Positions 21,542 through 31,051 of a stretch of DNA of 64,000 nt are shown piece by piece (the stretch's first letter is position 1; every line of letters begins with the position of its first letter). The stretch comes from Candidatus Versatilivorator sp. (GTDB lineage: Bacteria; Acidobacteriota; Terriglobia; Versatilivoradales; Versatilivoraceae), in the NCBI GenBank assembly GCA_965207735.1, contig OZ242296.1, positions 4,480,001 to 4,544,000 of the forward strand, read 5' to 3'. The position numbers and the translations under genes are program-made. The notes below the pieces were generated by a model that made no database searches, was not told the origin of the DNA, and saw only the letters and a program-made list of their open reading frames with translations.

Positions 21542-21825
21542 GACGCCGCGCTTGCCCCCCTCCGGATCGACTGCGGACTGCGCACCCTCGTGACGCCGCG
21601 TCTGCCCCCCTCCGGATCGACTGCGGACTGCGCACCCTCGTGACGCCGCGTCTGCCCCCCTCCGGATCGACTGCGGGCTTCGCCCTTGTCTCTCCGACTC
21701 CCCCTCAAGGGGGGAGTCGCAGAAGTCGAGCCGGAGGCGAAGGCTGATGCGGAGGGGGGCCAACGCGGCGTCTCCGAACGGTAGCGCCGAATGGCGAAGG
21801 CTGATGCGGTGGGGGGCAGACGCCG
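21542..21825. repeat. About 2.7 tandem 50-bp copies of the module A head, followed by module B
   Basis: GACGCCGCGtcTGCCCCCCTCCGGATCGACTGCGG starts at 21542, 21592 and 21642. Confidence 0.85.
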
Positions 21826-22013
21826 GCCCATCAAACTGGAGCCCGCGCATTCGCCCCCAGACCACCCAGCGCAACCTCCACGCCCCAAGCTCCCAAAAAA
21901 CACAGCCACGTCTCCGCCACACGAACACCTTCTGGTAAACTTGGGCTAACCTGTAGACGACCCGCAAAGCGGGCCTGCCGAACCATTCAACTGCCACGGG
22001 AGAATAGAGAGAC

Positions 22014-22871
22014 GTGCTCAAACAAAATGATCGCAAAGATCGCATCGTTGACACCGATTGGGCCGGGATGACCCTGGGGGAACGCATCGAGCACCTGGAG
22101 GTGGAAGGCTACCTGGTCCTGCCCGACCTGCTGGACTCGGACCACATCCAGCGGCTTCAGGCCGAGGCCGGCAAGTTGGAGACCTTCCACGTCGACTACA
22201 GCGTCCATCAGAGGGGGTGCCAGGATATCCAGTTCCGGGGCGGACCCATCACCGAACTTATCGCCCATCCTCCCCTCATCAGCTTCCTCAAAGCCATGTG
22301 CGGCCCCGAGCTGATCTTCATGAGCTACGACTACGCCCGCTCCGAGCCCGGCCATCCCGGAATCAGCCTGCACTGCGACGGGCAGCCCTGGGGGTCGGAG
22401 ATCTTCGGGTACGAGCAGAGCTGCCCCCGCCTGATTCGAGTGCTCTACTACCTGCAGGACCTCACTCCCGAAGTGTCGGCCTTCAAGGTGGTGCCGCGCT
22501 CTCATCTGAGCTTTCATCATGACGGCAATCCCTACCTCCGCTACGATGAGCATCCAGAGCAGGCCATGGTCACCTGCAAGGCAGGCTCGGCCGTACTGAT
22601 CAACCAGAACGTCTTTCACGGAAACTATCCCAACATCGGCACCTACGCCCGGGAAATGCTGGGACTGGCCTACCGCCCCTCCTGGGCCGGACCCAGCGAC
22701 AAGATCAAGCCCTGGGATCCGGAGGAACTGGCCAAGGTGCCCCCCGCCGTGCGGGAGCTCATGGGCGATCCCAACACCCGCATCTGGCACTTCGAGGGCG
22801 GCAACAAGCCTCCCAACATGGCCAGCGAGGGACCCGGCATCGACGCCAGCCGCTGGGAGCGGACCGAGTAG
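22014..22871 (+). CDS. Phytanoyl-CoA dioxygenase (PhyH) family Fe(II)/2-oxoglutarate enzyme
   Basis: EGYLVLPDLL, LHCDG (HxD), VVPRSH, VFHG. Confidence 0.87.
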   Translation: MLKQNDRKDRIVDTDWAGMTLGERIEHLEVEGYLVLPDLLDSDHIQRLQAEAGKLETFHVDYSVHQRGCQDIQFRGGPITELIAHPPLISFLKAMCGPELIFMSYDYARSEPGHPGISLHCDGQPWGSEIFGYEQSCPRLIRVLYYLQDLTPEVSAFKVVPRSHLSFHHDGNPYLRYDEHPEQAMVTCKAGSAVLINQNVFHGNYPNIGTYAREMLGLAYRPSWAGPSDKIKPWDPEELAKVPPAVRELMGDPNTRIWHFEGGNKPPNMASEGPGIDASRWERTE

Positions 22872-22910
22872 CGCCCGGAGGCGGGCAAGACTTGAACCCA
22901 AGGAGGACCC

Positions 22911-23252
22911 ATGGCGGCCAACTGCATGAAATGCCACACCGAGTTGCCTCGCCATCTGCTTTGGAAAGCATTGAAATCCGGCACCCTGGACAAGGCCGAG
23001 GTCATATGTCCCCAATGCGAGCAGGTGCTGCGCATCACACCCAAGAGTCTCGCGACCATCCTGGTGCTGACCCTCCTGCCCGACGTGCCGATAATCCTAT
23101 GGCTCATCCTCAATCCGGCCCCGCGTTCTCCCGAAATCATCATCCCTGTTTTGCTGCTTCTGATCCCCCTGACTTTCGCCCTGCTGATCGTTTTCTACCT
23201 GAAGCTGGCCCGGTTCGAAGAAAAGCCATCGACCACTTCCATCAGGGGCTGA
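22911..23252 (+). CDS. Small membrane protein with CxxC...CxxC motif
   Basis: SD AGGAGG, CMKC...CPQC, two hydrophobic segments. Confidence 0.7.
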   Translation: MAANCMKCHTELPRHLLWKALKSGTLDKAEVICPQCEQVLRITPKSLATILVLTLLPDVPIILWLILNPAPRSPEIIIPVLLLLIPLTFALLIVFYLKLARFEEKPSTTSIRG

Positions 23253-23321
23253 CCGACACTTCCCTGCCCCTGAGACAATTCGGGGGCAAGGCAATCGATG
23301 GTGCTCTGGAGTCTTGATCCT

Positions 23322-24275
23322 ATGAACAACAAAGCATTAGCTCCGCTGCTCGTCATCCTGATCGCCCTCTCGGCCATTGCGGCCGCAACCGACCAGGCGG
23401 AGAGCGAGCAGCGATGGCACAGCATGAGCGGGCCCGTCGTCAAGACCCTGGAGGCCCTGCAGGCACACAACGCCACCCTGCCTCCCCCGACCGAGGGCCG
23501 CGACACCGGGCTGCGGCTTCGGGTGTTGACCTTCAACATTCACAACTTCAGAGGCTATCCGGAGGACCTTGGAACGGCGCGCTGGAAGAGCGACCCCCAG
23601 GAAAAGCTGGACATCCAGCTCAGAACCCTGGGGATGCTGGACGCCCACCTGGCTTCCCTGCAGGAATGCGACTACGACAAGCCCCTGCAGCTCCGGCTGA
23701 TCGACCGGCTGGGGTACCTGGCCAGCTTCTTCCCGGCTTCCCACCACAAGCACTGCGCCGGGGCCACCTTGAGCCGATACCCGCTGCTGGACAACCTGAA
23801 TCTGACCTTCCTGGAGATGGAGGGCCAGGTGGTTATCAAGCGGTTCCTGGGCCGTTCTCTGGCTCGCCTGCCGGGGGGACAGGAGATCCTGATCTACGGA
23901 GGGCACTACGATCCAAACCCCGACGCCGAGATGGACCTCATCGAGGAGGTCTGCCGCCTGGACCGCGCCCTCGAGCGCCCCATGATCTGGATGGGCGACT
24001 GGAACATCCAGCGGACCCACGTGCTGTACAAACGATTCCACCGGATGGGACTGGTGGATGCCTTTGCCCACCTGGGCCTCCCTCATACCACCACCAGCCT
24101 CAAGGGAGACCGCACCCGGGGCGGCATCGACTACATCTTCTGCACCCCCGACATCGCCGACCGCCTGGAGTCCATCGAGATCGTGGCTCGCGGCGCAGCC
24201 GCCCTCGACCCCAACGACCCCAAAAGCATCGCCGCCAGCGACCACCTCCCCGTGCTGGCCGTGTTCCGATTCTGA
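23322..24275 (+). CDS. Secreted endonuclease/exonuclease/phosphatase (EEP) family protein
   Basis: Signal peptide; RVLTFNI, LQE, GDWN, IDYIF, SDHLPV. Confidence 0.9.
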   Translation: MNNKALAPLLVILIALSAIAAATDQAESEQRWHSMSGPVVKTLEALQAHNATLPPPTEGRDTGLRLRVLTFNIHNFRGYPEDLGTARWKSDPQEKLDIQLRTLGMLDAHLASLQECDYDKPLQLRLIDRLGYLASFFPASHHKHCAGATLSRYPLLDNLNLTFLEMEGQVVIKRFLGRSLARLPGGQEILIYGGHYDPNPDAEMDLIEEVCRLDRALERPMIWMGDWNIQRTHVLYKRFHRMGLVDAFAHLGLPHTTTSLKGDRTRGGIDYIFCTPDIADRLESIEIVARGAAALDPNDPKSIAASDHLPVLAVFRF

Positions 24276-24300
24276 GCCTCTTGAAAAAAGTCGTAGACGC

Positions 24301-25030
24301 CCCCCGGGAGCGCGGGCGTCCCGCCCGCATCCTTATTCCTGCAAACAGCCTGCGGTCCAGGCACTCCCTTACAACGCGCACCGAACCCGCCTTTTCGGGG
24401 ACCTCTTCCATCATGCCGGGTCTAGTGCGGGCGAGACCCCCGGGCTGGCGCCCTGCACCACCGACGCAATGCTGACTCTCACTTACGGAACGCCGCGTTG
24501 GCCCCCCTCCGGCTCGACGGCGGGCTCCGCCCTTGTCTCGCCGACTCCCCCTCAAGGGGGGAGTGATTCTTGAGGCTTGCATAAGACGCCTTGCCCGATC
24601 ACCGGGTACGATGTAAACCATGTTCCCGGTTTAGTGTGCGGACGACGACCACCCGGGAGCGCGGGCGTCCCGCCCGCATCCTTATTCCTGCAATCAGCCT
24701 GCGGTCCACGGCACACCCTTACAATGCGCACCGAACCCGCCTCGACGGGGACATCTTCCATCATGCCGGGTCTTGTGCGGACGAGACGCCCGGGCCGGCG
24801 CCCTGCACCACCGACGCAACGCTGACTCTCACTTACGGAACGCCGCGTCGGCCCCCCTCCGGCTCGACGGCGGGCTCCGCCCTTGTCTCGCCGACTCCCC
24901 CTCAAGGGGGGAGTGATTCTTGAGGCTTGCATAAGACGCCTTGCCCGATCACCGGGTACGATGTAAACCATGTTCCCGGTTTAGTGTGCGGACGACGACC
25001 ACCCGGGAACGCGGGCGTCCCGCCCGCACA
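24301..25030. repeat. Tandem duplication of a ~350-bp composite repeat (modules C + spacer + A) plus the start of a third unit
   Basis: CCGGGAgCGCGGGCGTCCCGCCCGCA recurs at ~24304, 24653 and 25003; inverted unit at ~57390-57795. Confidence 0.9.
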
Positions 25031-25388
25031 AGCCCTGGCGCAGCCACACCGATCTGCCCCACGTCGATCAACCGGGAACGGCGCCGCTCCCCGTTTCCTG
25101 CGTAAAGGATGTATGGGATCTGAACCCACCGGCAGCTGCAGTCTTGAGACAAACGTCAGCCTGGGGTTCGAGTGGAGCCGCGAAGCGGCGGCAGCAGGTA
25201 GCCGTGGGCGTAAGCCCATGGGAAATTGGGCATAAGTGTTGAGCCGCGTAGGCGGCGACTACATCAAAAAACTTGTAACTGCTCATTATAATAGACTTAT
25301 GGTGGATTGTCCTGTTGTAATCCCCTCATTGTATCCCTCTATTTGAACGGGAATCCACTGGACTGTTCGGGACGTTGGTGGACAGGTC

Positions 25389-25664
25389 TTACGATGTTGC
25401 AACCCCCGAGACTCTGCCTCCGAGACCGTCGAGCCGGGTGGTAGGCTGCCCTTGGGTTCGGATCGGAGATATCGGGTTGTGAGCATCCTCCAGCCTTGCC
25501 CTTCTCGGCCTCTGGCCATCTGTGGTCTTCTGTTCTTCGAGGGCTTCATAGACGAGGGCGCGCAGCCAGGAGCCGACGTTGAGGTGCCGCTGGATGACGA
25601 GGCACTGGAAACCTTGACGGGTTTCGGGAGAGACATGGATATGAAGCGGTACACGGTGCAACAT
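25389..25664 (-). CDS. Putative ribbon-helix-helix (CopG/MobC-like) DNA-binding protein
   Basis: MLHRVPLHIHVSPETRQGFQCLVIQRHLNVGSWLRALVYEALEE has a strand-helix-helix pattern; uses an internal ATG of ORF 25389..25946. Confidence 0.45.
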   Translation of the reverse strand: MLHRVPLHIHVSPETRQGFQCLVIQRHLNVGSWLRALVYEALEEQKTTDGQRPRRARLEDAHNPISPIRTQGQPTTRLDGLGGRVSGVATS

Positions 25665-25787
25665 AGAGACACACAACAACACATGGAGCGACAAGCAGGT
25701 TACAACGCTACACAACGCTACATGGAGACACACGCAGCCACCGTGAGCGCGAAAAAGTGCTCGATGGCCTTCCCGCCAGGGATCACT

Positions 25788-25877
25788 GTGGAGGGAGCGA
25801 CCCCGGAAAGGGGAGGGGAGGTGGTGGATTTTGGCGTGCACCACCTCCCCTCCCCTTTCCGGGGTCGCTCCCTCCAC
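25788..25877. repeat. Perfect 39-bp inverted repeat with 12-nt loop
   Basis: 25788-25826 is the exact reverse complement of 25839-25877. Confidence 0.95.
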
Positions 25878-27057
25878 TTCCTCTCCCTCCTGTGCGGCGC
25901 CACGACGCGCAGTGCGAGGCGGGGACGCCCGGCGCCGGCGCCGCACTACGCTTTACGGCAGACGACTCGGGGAATCCGTGCCAATCCGCTTCCCATGCGG
26001 GTTTCCGGGCACAACCTGGACCACGACGGCGAGGACTTCGCCCTCTGAGAGAGGAGCGTTGGGGTTGTCAAAAGCGTGAGCCACTTGGTGCGCCACCTAC
26101 GTGAGCCACCCCCCTTTTGTAAGGTGGTCACCCATACGACGCCACGTCCTTGACCCCCGGAGGCGGAAATCGTCGATCATGTCGCGGCCGTTGGAGGCCG
26201 GGTCTTCCTGCTCCCATTGGTCGATCTTCTCCATGACGACACCGCGGCCGCCATGGCGTTCGACCGTGTCCTGACCCCTGAATCCGCGAGCTTTGCGGGG
26301 GGCTGGCTGGACTTTCTCACTCCCTGGCATAGCAGGACACCCCGGAACGCCTCCTGGACCGATTTCCGTCTCAGGGACCGCAGGGACCGCCGCCGGTGGG
26401 GAAATCGGATTGGCCGGCTCGCTCAGCGGTCCCGGGGTCGCCATGCGGAGAGAGCGACCTCCGCGCGGGGGCAAAGGGTGTCCGGACCCCTGGCCACCTT
26501 TGCCCTCCTCCGTGGCGCGCGAGCGCCGAAAAAGGAAGCTCTCACCGCCGGCACCCGTCTCGTGTGGCGCGCCGACGCGCCGGGCGAGGCGGGGACAGCG
26601 AGGCCGGTGCCGCACCGCGTCGTGCCGGGGAGCCAGCCTACCCAATGTAGTACATTGGGGCTGGCGAGGGGCTCCCACCCCTTCGAACCCGCGACCGGGG
26701 GGAAGTTCTCCCCTGGCCCCCCATCACGGGGGCGACGCGCCGTATCGGGGAAGCTTTCGACCACAATGGCGAGGGCTCCGCCCTCTGGGAGAAAGGTGTT
26801 GTGGTTGTCAAAAGCATGTCACCCTTCGATGTCACCCCCCCCTTCCAAAAGGGTGACAGTTATACGACGCCATATCCTTGACCCCCGGGGGCGGAAATGA
26901 TCGACCCATCCCGCGTCGGCCGAAGCCGTTGTCGCGTTCGCCGGTGATCTCATCACTTCCCCCTGTGTGGCAGTGAGTTGAGATACTATAAGATAGAAGG
27001 GCGTAGACCTCTGAAATCCTAGGTGCTACAAGTTGCCAGACGCTGAGAACGCCTAGC

Positions 27058-28986
27058 CCGAAGTTCCCCCCATTTTACACCCGAAAAATCGCCTTAAGCC
27101 ATTTGTTTTCTTAGGGAAGAGGATTGAGGTGTGTGGATTTGTGTTCCCATGTATATGATTAGTATTTAGATTGACATGATAGTTCTATGTGATAGTATAG
27201 TCCCATGTACGTCGAAACCGTCCCCAACCGCAACTCTCCCCCTGCCATCCTCCTGCGCGAAGGCCGCCGTGAGGGTAAAAAGGTCCATAAACGCACCTTG
27301 GCCAACCTCTCCCATTGGCCCAAGGACAAGATCGAGCGCCTCCGGCGCGTGCTCAAGAACGAACCCCTGGTCCATCCCGACCAACTCTTCGCCATCGAAC
27401 GCTCCCTGCCTCATGGCCACGTCGAGTTGCTGCTGGAAGTGGTGCGGCAGCTGAAGCTGCCGGCGCTGATCGATTCCCGACCCTCTCCCCAACGGGACCG
27501 GGTCTTGGCCATGATCCTGCAGCGTCTGCTCCATCCGGCCTCCAAGCTGGCCACCACCCGTCTTTGGCACACCACCACGTTGGGTGAGGAACTGTCCCTT
27601 GAGGACACCGACGAGGACGATCTCTATGAGGCCATGGACTGGTTGCTGGAGCGTCAGGACCGGATTGAGCGCAAGCTGGCCAAGCGGCACCTGGCGGAAG
27701 GGGATGCGGTGCTCTATGACGTCAGCAGCAGTTACTACGAAGGCCAGACCTGCTCGCTGATGCAGTTCGGCCACAACCGGGACGGCAGGCGGGACCGGCC
27801 CATGGTGGTCTACGGGGTGCTGGCCGACCAGATGGGGCGGCCGCTGTCGGTGCAGGCCTATGCCGGCAACACGGGGGATCCGACCACGGTGGGGGATCAG
27901 GTGGAGAAGGTGCGGGGTCGGTTTGGTCTGGAGCGGGTGGTGCTGGTGGGGGACCGCGGGCTGCTGACCGAGACGCAGATCAGCCATCTGAAGCGTCATC
28001 CGGGAGTGGGGTGGGTCTCAGCCCTGCGCCACCACCAGATACGCCGTCTGGTGGAGAGCGAGGCGGTTCAGCTCTCCCTGTTCGACGAGCGTCATCTGGC
28101 CGAAGTCCGCAGCCCGGACTATCCGGGCGAGAGGCTCATCGTCTGCCACAACCCGCTGCTGGCCGAGCATCGGCGGCGGAAGCGCGAGGCTTTGCTGACA
28201 GCCACCGAGGAGGCGCTGGCCGGAATCGCCCGCCAGGTGGCCAGACGGACCCGCACGCCCTTGTCGGCGACCGAGATCGCCGAGAAAGTCGGCCGGGTCA
28301 AGAACCGCTTCCAGGTGGCCAAACACTTCCGGACCCAGATCGCAGACGGGTCCTTCCACTATGAACGGCGCACCGACGCCATCATCCGGGAGGCGCAACT
28401 GGACGGGTTCTACATGCTGAGGACCAGCGAGCCAGCCGATCGCCTGCCAACAGCCGCGGTGGTGCGCCGCTACAAGGACCTGACGCGGGTGGAGCGGGCC
28501 TTCCGCTCCCTCAAGACCGTCGACCTGCACATCCGTCCCATCCGTCATCGGGTGGAGAACCGGGTGCGGGCTCATCTGTTCCTGTGCCTGCTGGCCTATT
28601 ACGTCCAGTGGCATCTGCGGCTGGCCCTGGCTCCGTTGCTGTTCGATGACGAGGAACTGGAAGCGGAACGGGCACGGCGAGACCCGGTGCTGGCGGCCCA
28701 GCCGTCGGACTCCGCCAAACGGAAGAAGAACAAACGCCTCAGCCAGGACGGCTTGCCGCTGCAGAGCCTGGAGACGCTGATGGCGCAGATGGCGACGCGG
28801 GCCCGCCACCAGTGCCGATTGCCCTCCGAACCCGATGGTCCGCGAGTCCAGCGATTGACCGAGCCGACCCCGCTACAGCAACGGGCCTTCGAGCTCATCA
28901 GGATGTTCCCAGGCAAGACAACCTGAGATTCCTGATTGATGATTGAAGGTAAAGGAGTTATCTTGTCGGTGGGTCAGGAACTTCGG
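27058..28986 (+). mobile_element. IS1634-family insertion sequence, copy 1 (1929 bp)
   Basis: Terminal IR CCGAAGTTCC/GGAACTTCGG; 6-bp target duplication CCTAGC at 27052-27057 and 28987-28992. Confidence 0.92.
27205..28926 (+). CDS. IS1634-family DDE transposase
   Basis: LYDVSSSYYEG, FGHNRDG, VGDRG, VERAFRSLK, IRPIRHR..RVRAHLFLCLLAY. Confidence 0.93.
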   Translation: MYVETVPNRNSPPAILLREGRREGKKVHKRTLANLSHWPKDKIERLRRVLKNEPLVHPDQLFAIERSLPHGHVELLLEVVRQLKLPALIDSRPSPQRDRVLAMILQRLLHPASKLATTRLWHTTTLGEELSLEDTDEDDLYEAMDWLLERQDRIERKLAKRHLAEGDAVLYDVSSSYYEGQTCSLMQFGHNRDGRRDRPMVVYGVLADQMGRPLSVQAYAGNTGDPTTVGDQVEKVRGRFGLERVVLVGDRGLLTETQISHLKRHPGVGWVSALRHHQIRRLVESEAVQLSLFDERHLAEVRSPDYPGERLIVCHNPLLAEHRRRKREALLTATEEALAGIARQVARRTRTPLSATEIAEKVGRVKNRFQVAKHFRTQIADGSFHYERRTDAIIREAQLDGFYMLRTSEPADRLPTAAVVRRYKDLTRVERAFRSLKTVDLHIRPIRHRVENRVRAHLFLCLLAYYVQWHLRLALAPLLFDDEELEAERARRDPVLAAQPSDSAKRKKNKRLSQDGLPLQSLETLMAQMATRARHQCRLPSEPDGPRVQRLTEPTPLQQRAFELIRMFPGKTT

Positions 28987-29181
28987 CCTAGCACAGGGCA
29001 ACTGTGCGCGTTATTTTCGCGCTTGTTCGGATGAAAACCCCGGATGGCCCGTAACGAGCGAGGGCTGCGGCATCGAAGAGATCTAGAATCGCCAAGGTAT
29101 CGTAATGCGGTCATTGGGGCACGCCGGAGGCCGGGAAATCTCAGCCTGGCCGACAAATCTCAAGGATTTGGGGAGAGCCTG

Positions 29182-29748
29182 ATGGATATTAGCAAGACGA
29201 TATTAGATGCGATAACGCATGCGTTGGAATCTGAGGAACTGCGGCTCAAACCACGTTCGGAGCGACCGGGGGAACCGCTGTGGCCTTGGACCGTGCTGGG
29301 GTACCGTGAGGACTGGATTCGCTATCTCTTGGTCCGAGAGATCTCTGGCCGGATTCCTGACCGAGAGTTAAGGATAGAAACTGAAGTTGGCGGATTGTCT
29401 CAAGTGGATCTGTCAATTCACGGTCTTTTTTCTGTGGAACTGAAAGGACCATATGAGGTCAAAGAGAACTTTGACCAAGGCCTCTACAACAAAATTCTAG
29501 AAGATTTTGAGAAGCAACGATGCCGAGCGAATAAGAAACCAAACCTCAAACACTTCGTCCTCCTGATCCTGCATGCCCCCAAGGCGTGCTTCTATTCCGG
29601 GTTCCTTCAGGGATGGCTTACGGAACTGGAAACGGAAGTTCGGAATAAAAATCACGGCATCTGCATCGAGGTGGTGCCGTCCAAGCCGCTCGTCCTCAAC
29701 GGCAACGAGCCCTGGCTGATGGAGTGTTGCCTCTACAGAGTTTCCTAG
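29182..29748 (+). CDS. Hypothetical protein, possible PD-(D/E)XK nuclease fold
   Basis: SD GGGAG; E...VDL...VELK pattern; lower GC than the core genes. Confidence 0.55.
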   Translation: MDISKTILDAITHALESEELRLKPRSERPGEPLWPWTVLGYREDWIRYLLVREISGRIPDRELRIETEVGGLSQVDLSIHGLFSVELKGPYEVKENFDQGLYNKILEDFEKQRCRANKKPNLKHFVLLILHAPKACFYSGFLQGWLTELETEVRNKNHGICIEVVPSKPLVLNGNEPWLMECCLYRVS

Positions 29749-29941
29749 AGAGTAGTTCACACTTCCGATAACGTCGAGTATGTCAACTGTCGAGGGCAAC
29801 GTGTAGGGGCTGATGGAAACCATGGTCAGCGAAGCCATGGACGCCCTGATTGACGATGGTCGCTATGAAGCTAGGGTTGCCAAGAGGACTTGTCCGCGAA
29901 TGAGGTAACTACCAATGCCGGTTCATCACCGACATATATGG

Positions 29942-31051
29942 ATGCGGTTCTTGTGCCTGCTCTTGATCCTGCTAGCCCAAGCCTGCACGTCACAGACCCC
30001 CACGCGGCAAACCGAGCTCGGCCGCTACGCTGCATCCGTGGGGCTAACCGAAAAAGACCTAGTGGACGCGACGATAGCGCTAGCCAACGCGGGACTTCCC
30101 GAATCTCAACACGCCCTTGGCGTCATGTTCTATCAAGGCGATAACGGATTGGCGCAGAACTACGTGATGGCAGCCAAGTGGTTCCGGGAGGCCGCCTTTC
30201 AAGGATTCGCCCACTCTCAACTCGCCCTTGCCGGTATCTACACCCGAGGTCACGGCGTAACGACTGATCTTGTCGAAGCCTGCGCGTGGACCATTCTTGG
30301 CGCCGGTGCACTGCCAGGAGACAGTGAGGTTCAAACCCAAATGGCCAAAGTGACAAGACACGCGCCCCCGCATATACTCGCCGCCGGGCAGGAACGCGCT
30401 GTCGAGCTTCTCCAGCAGATCGAGGGCCGAAAGAAGCGCCAGAGGCAGGCGGCTCCAACCAGGCCTCCTTCCGATTCCCTCCAAGAGCTTCAAGAAACGA
30501 CCCGTCAGGGATCGCCCACGGTAGCCAAGGGGCACGGCCAGATGTACGCCACAGACCAGGGAGTGCCCCGGGACCTCATCAAGGCCGCCACCAGCCACCC
30601 GCCCAAACTCTCCCAAGCCACACCGAAGTTTCACGAACGCCCGCAGGCGGTCCCAGCGCAGTCGCCAGAACTGGCTTGGCAAAAACACAACGAATTGGAG
30701 GAGGCATTGACGGAGAGCGGAACGACCACAACGGTGCCAGAACCGACCGACAAGTGTGCTTTGCCTGGGGAGGTAATTTCACCCACAGTGCTGTCCCGAA
30801 TCGAACCAGTCTACTCTGAAGCGGCCCGTAAAGCTAACCTTGAAGGAACGGTCGAGCTTTCCGCCATTGTCCGTAAGGACGGATCTATTGAATCCGTGAA
30901 GGTTTTGCGCGGGCTAGGCCTCGGATTAGATGGGAGCGCCATTAAGGCTCTAAAGAGTTGGCGGTTTCGTCCTGGCATGAAAGACGGAAGACCCGTCGAT
31001 TTACGCGTGAAAATCGAGGTTAAATTTAGTATGCGGCCGGAGCAGGACTAA
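29942..31051 (+). CDS. Lipoprotein-like Sel1-repeat protein fused to a TonB C-terminal domain
   Basis: LLILLAQA-C lipobox-like signal; ALGVMFYQG..NYVMAAKWFREAAFQG Sel1 repeats; IEPVYSEAARKANLEG..GLDGSAIKALKSWRFRPG TonB_C. Confidence 0.8.
   Translation: MRFLCLLLILLAQACTSQTPTRQTELGRYAASVGLTEKDLVDATIALANAGLPESQHALGVMFYQGDNGLAQNYVMAAKWFREAAFQGFAHSQLALAGIYTRGHGVTTDLVEACAWTILGAGALPGDSEVQTQMAKVTRHAPPHILAAGQERAVELLQQIEGRKKRQRQAAPTRPPSDSLQELQETTRQGSPTVAKGHGQMYATDQGVPRDLIKAATSHPPKLSQATPKFHERPQAVPAQSPELAWQKHNELEEALTESGTTTTVPEPTDKCALPGEVISPTVLSRIEPVYSEAARKANLEGTVELSAIVRKDGSIESVKVLRGLGLGLDGSAIKALKSWRFRPGMKDGRPVDLRVKIEVKFSMRPEQD

Noticed and set aside
21542-21680. 50-bp periodic repeats as a CRISPR array
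   Set aside because: The intervening segments are identical, the unit is the head of dispersed module A, and there are no cas genes in the window.
19315-21747. Long antisense or alternate-frame ORFs (810 aa here; also 14530-16005, 36227-37762, 45609-47039, 55994-57298, etc.)
   Set aside because: Shadow ORFs of well-supported genes in high-GC DNA, with no recognisable motifs.
26217-26900. 227-aa and overlapping ORFs between T1 and T2
   Set aside because: Arg/Gly/Pro-rich with no motif I can recognise, and they run through the T2 cis element; at best a decayed gene.
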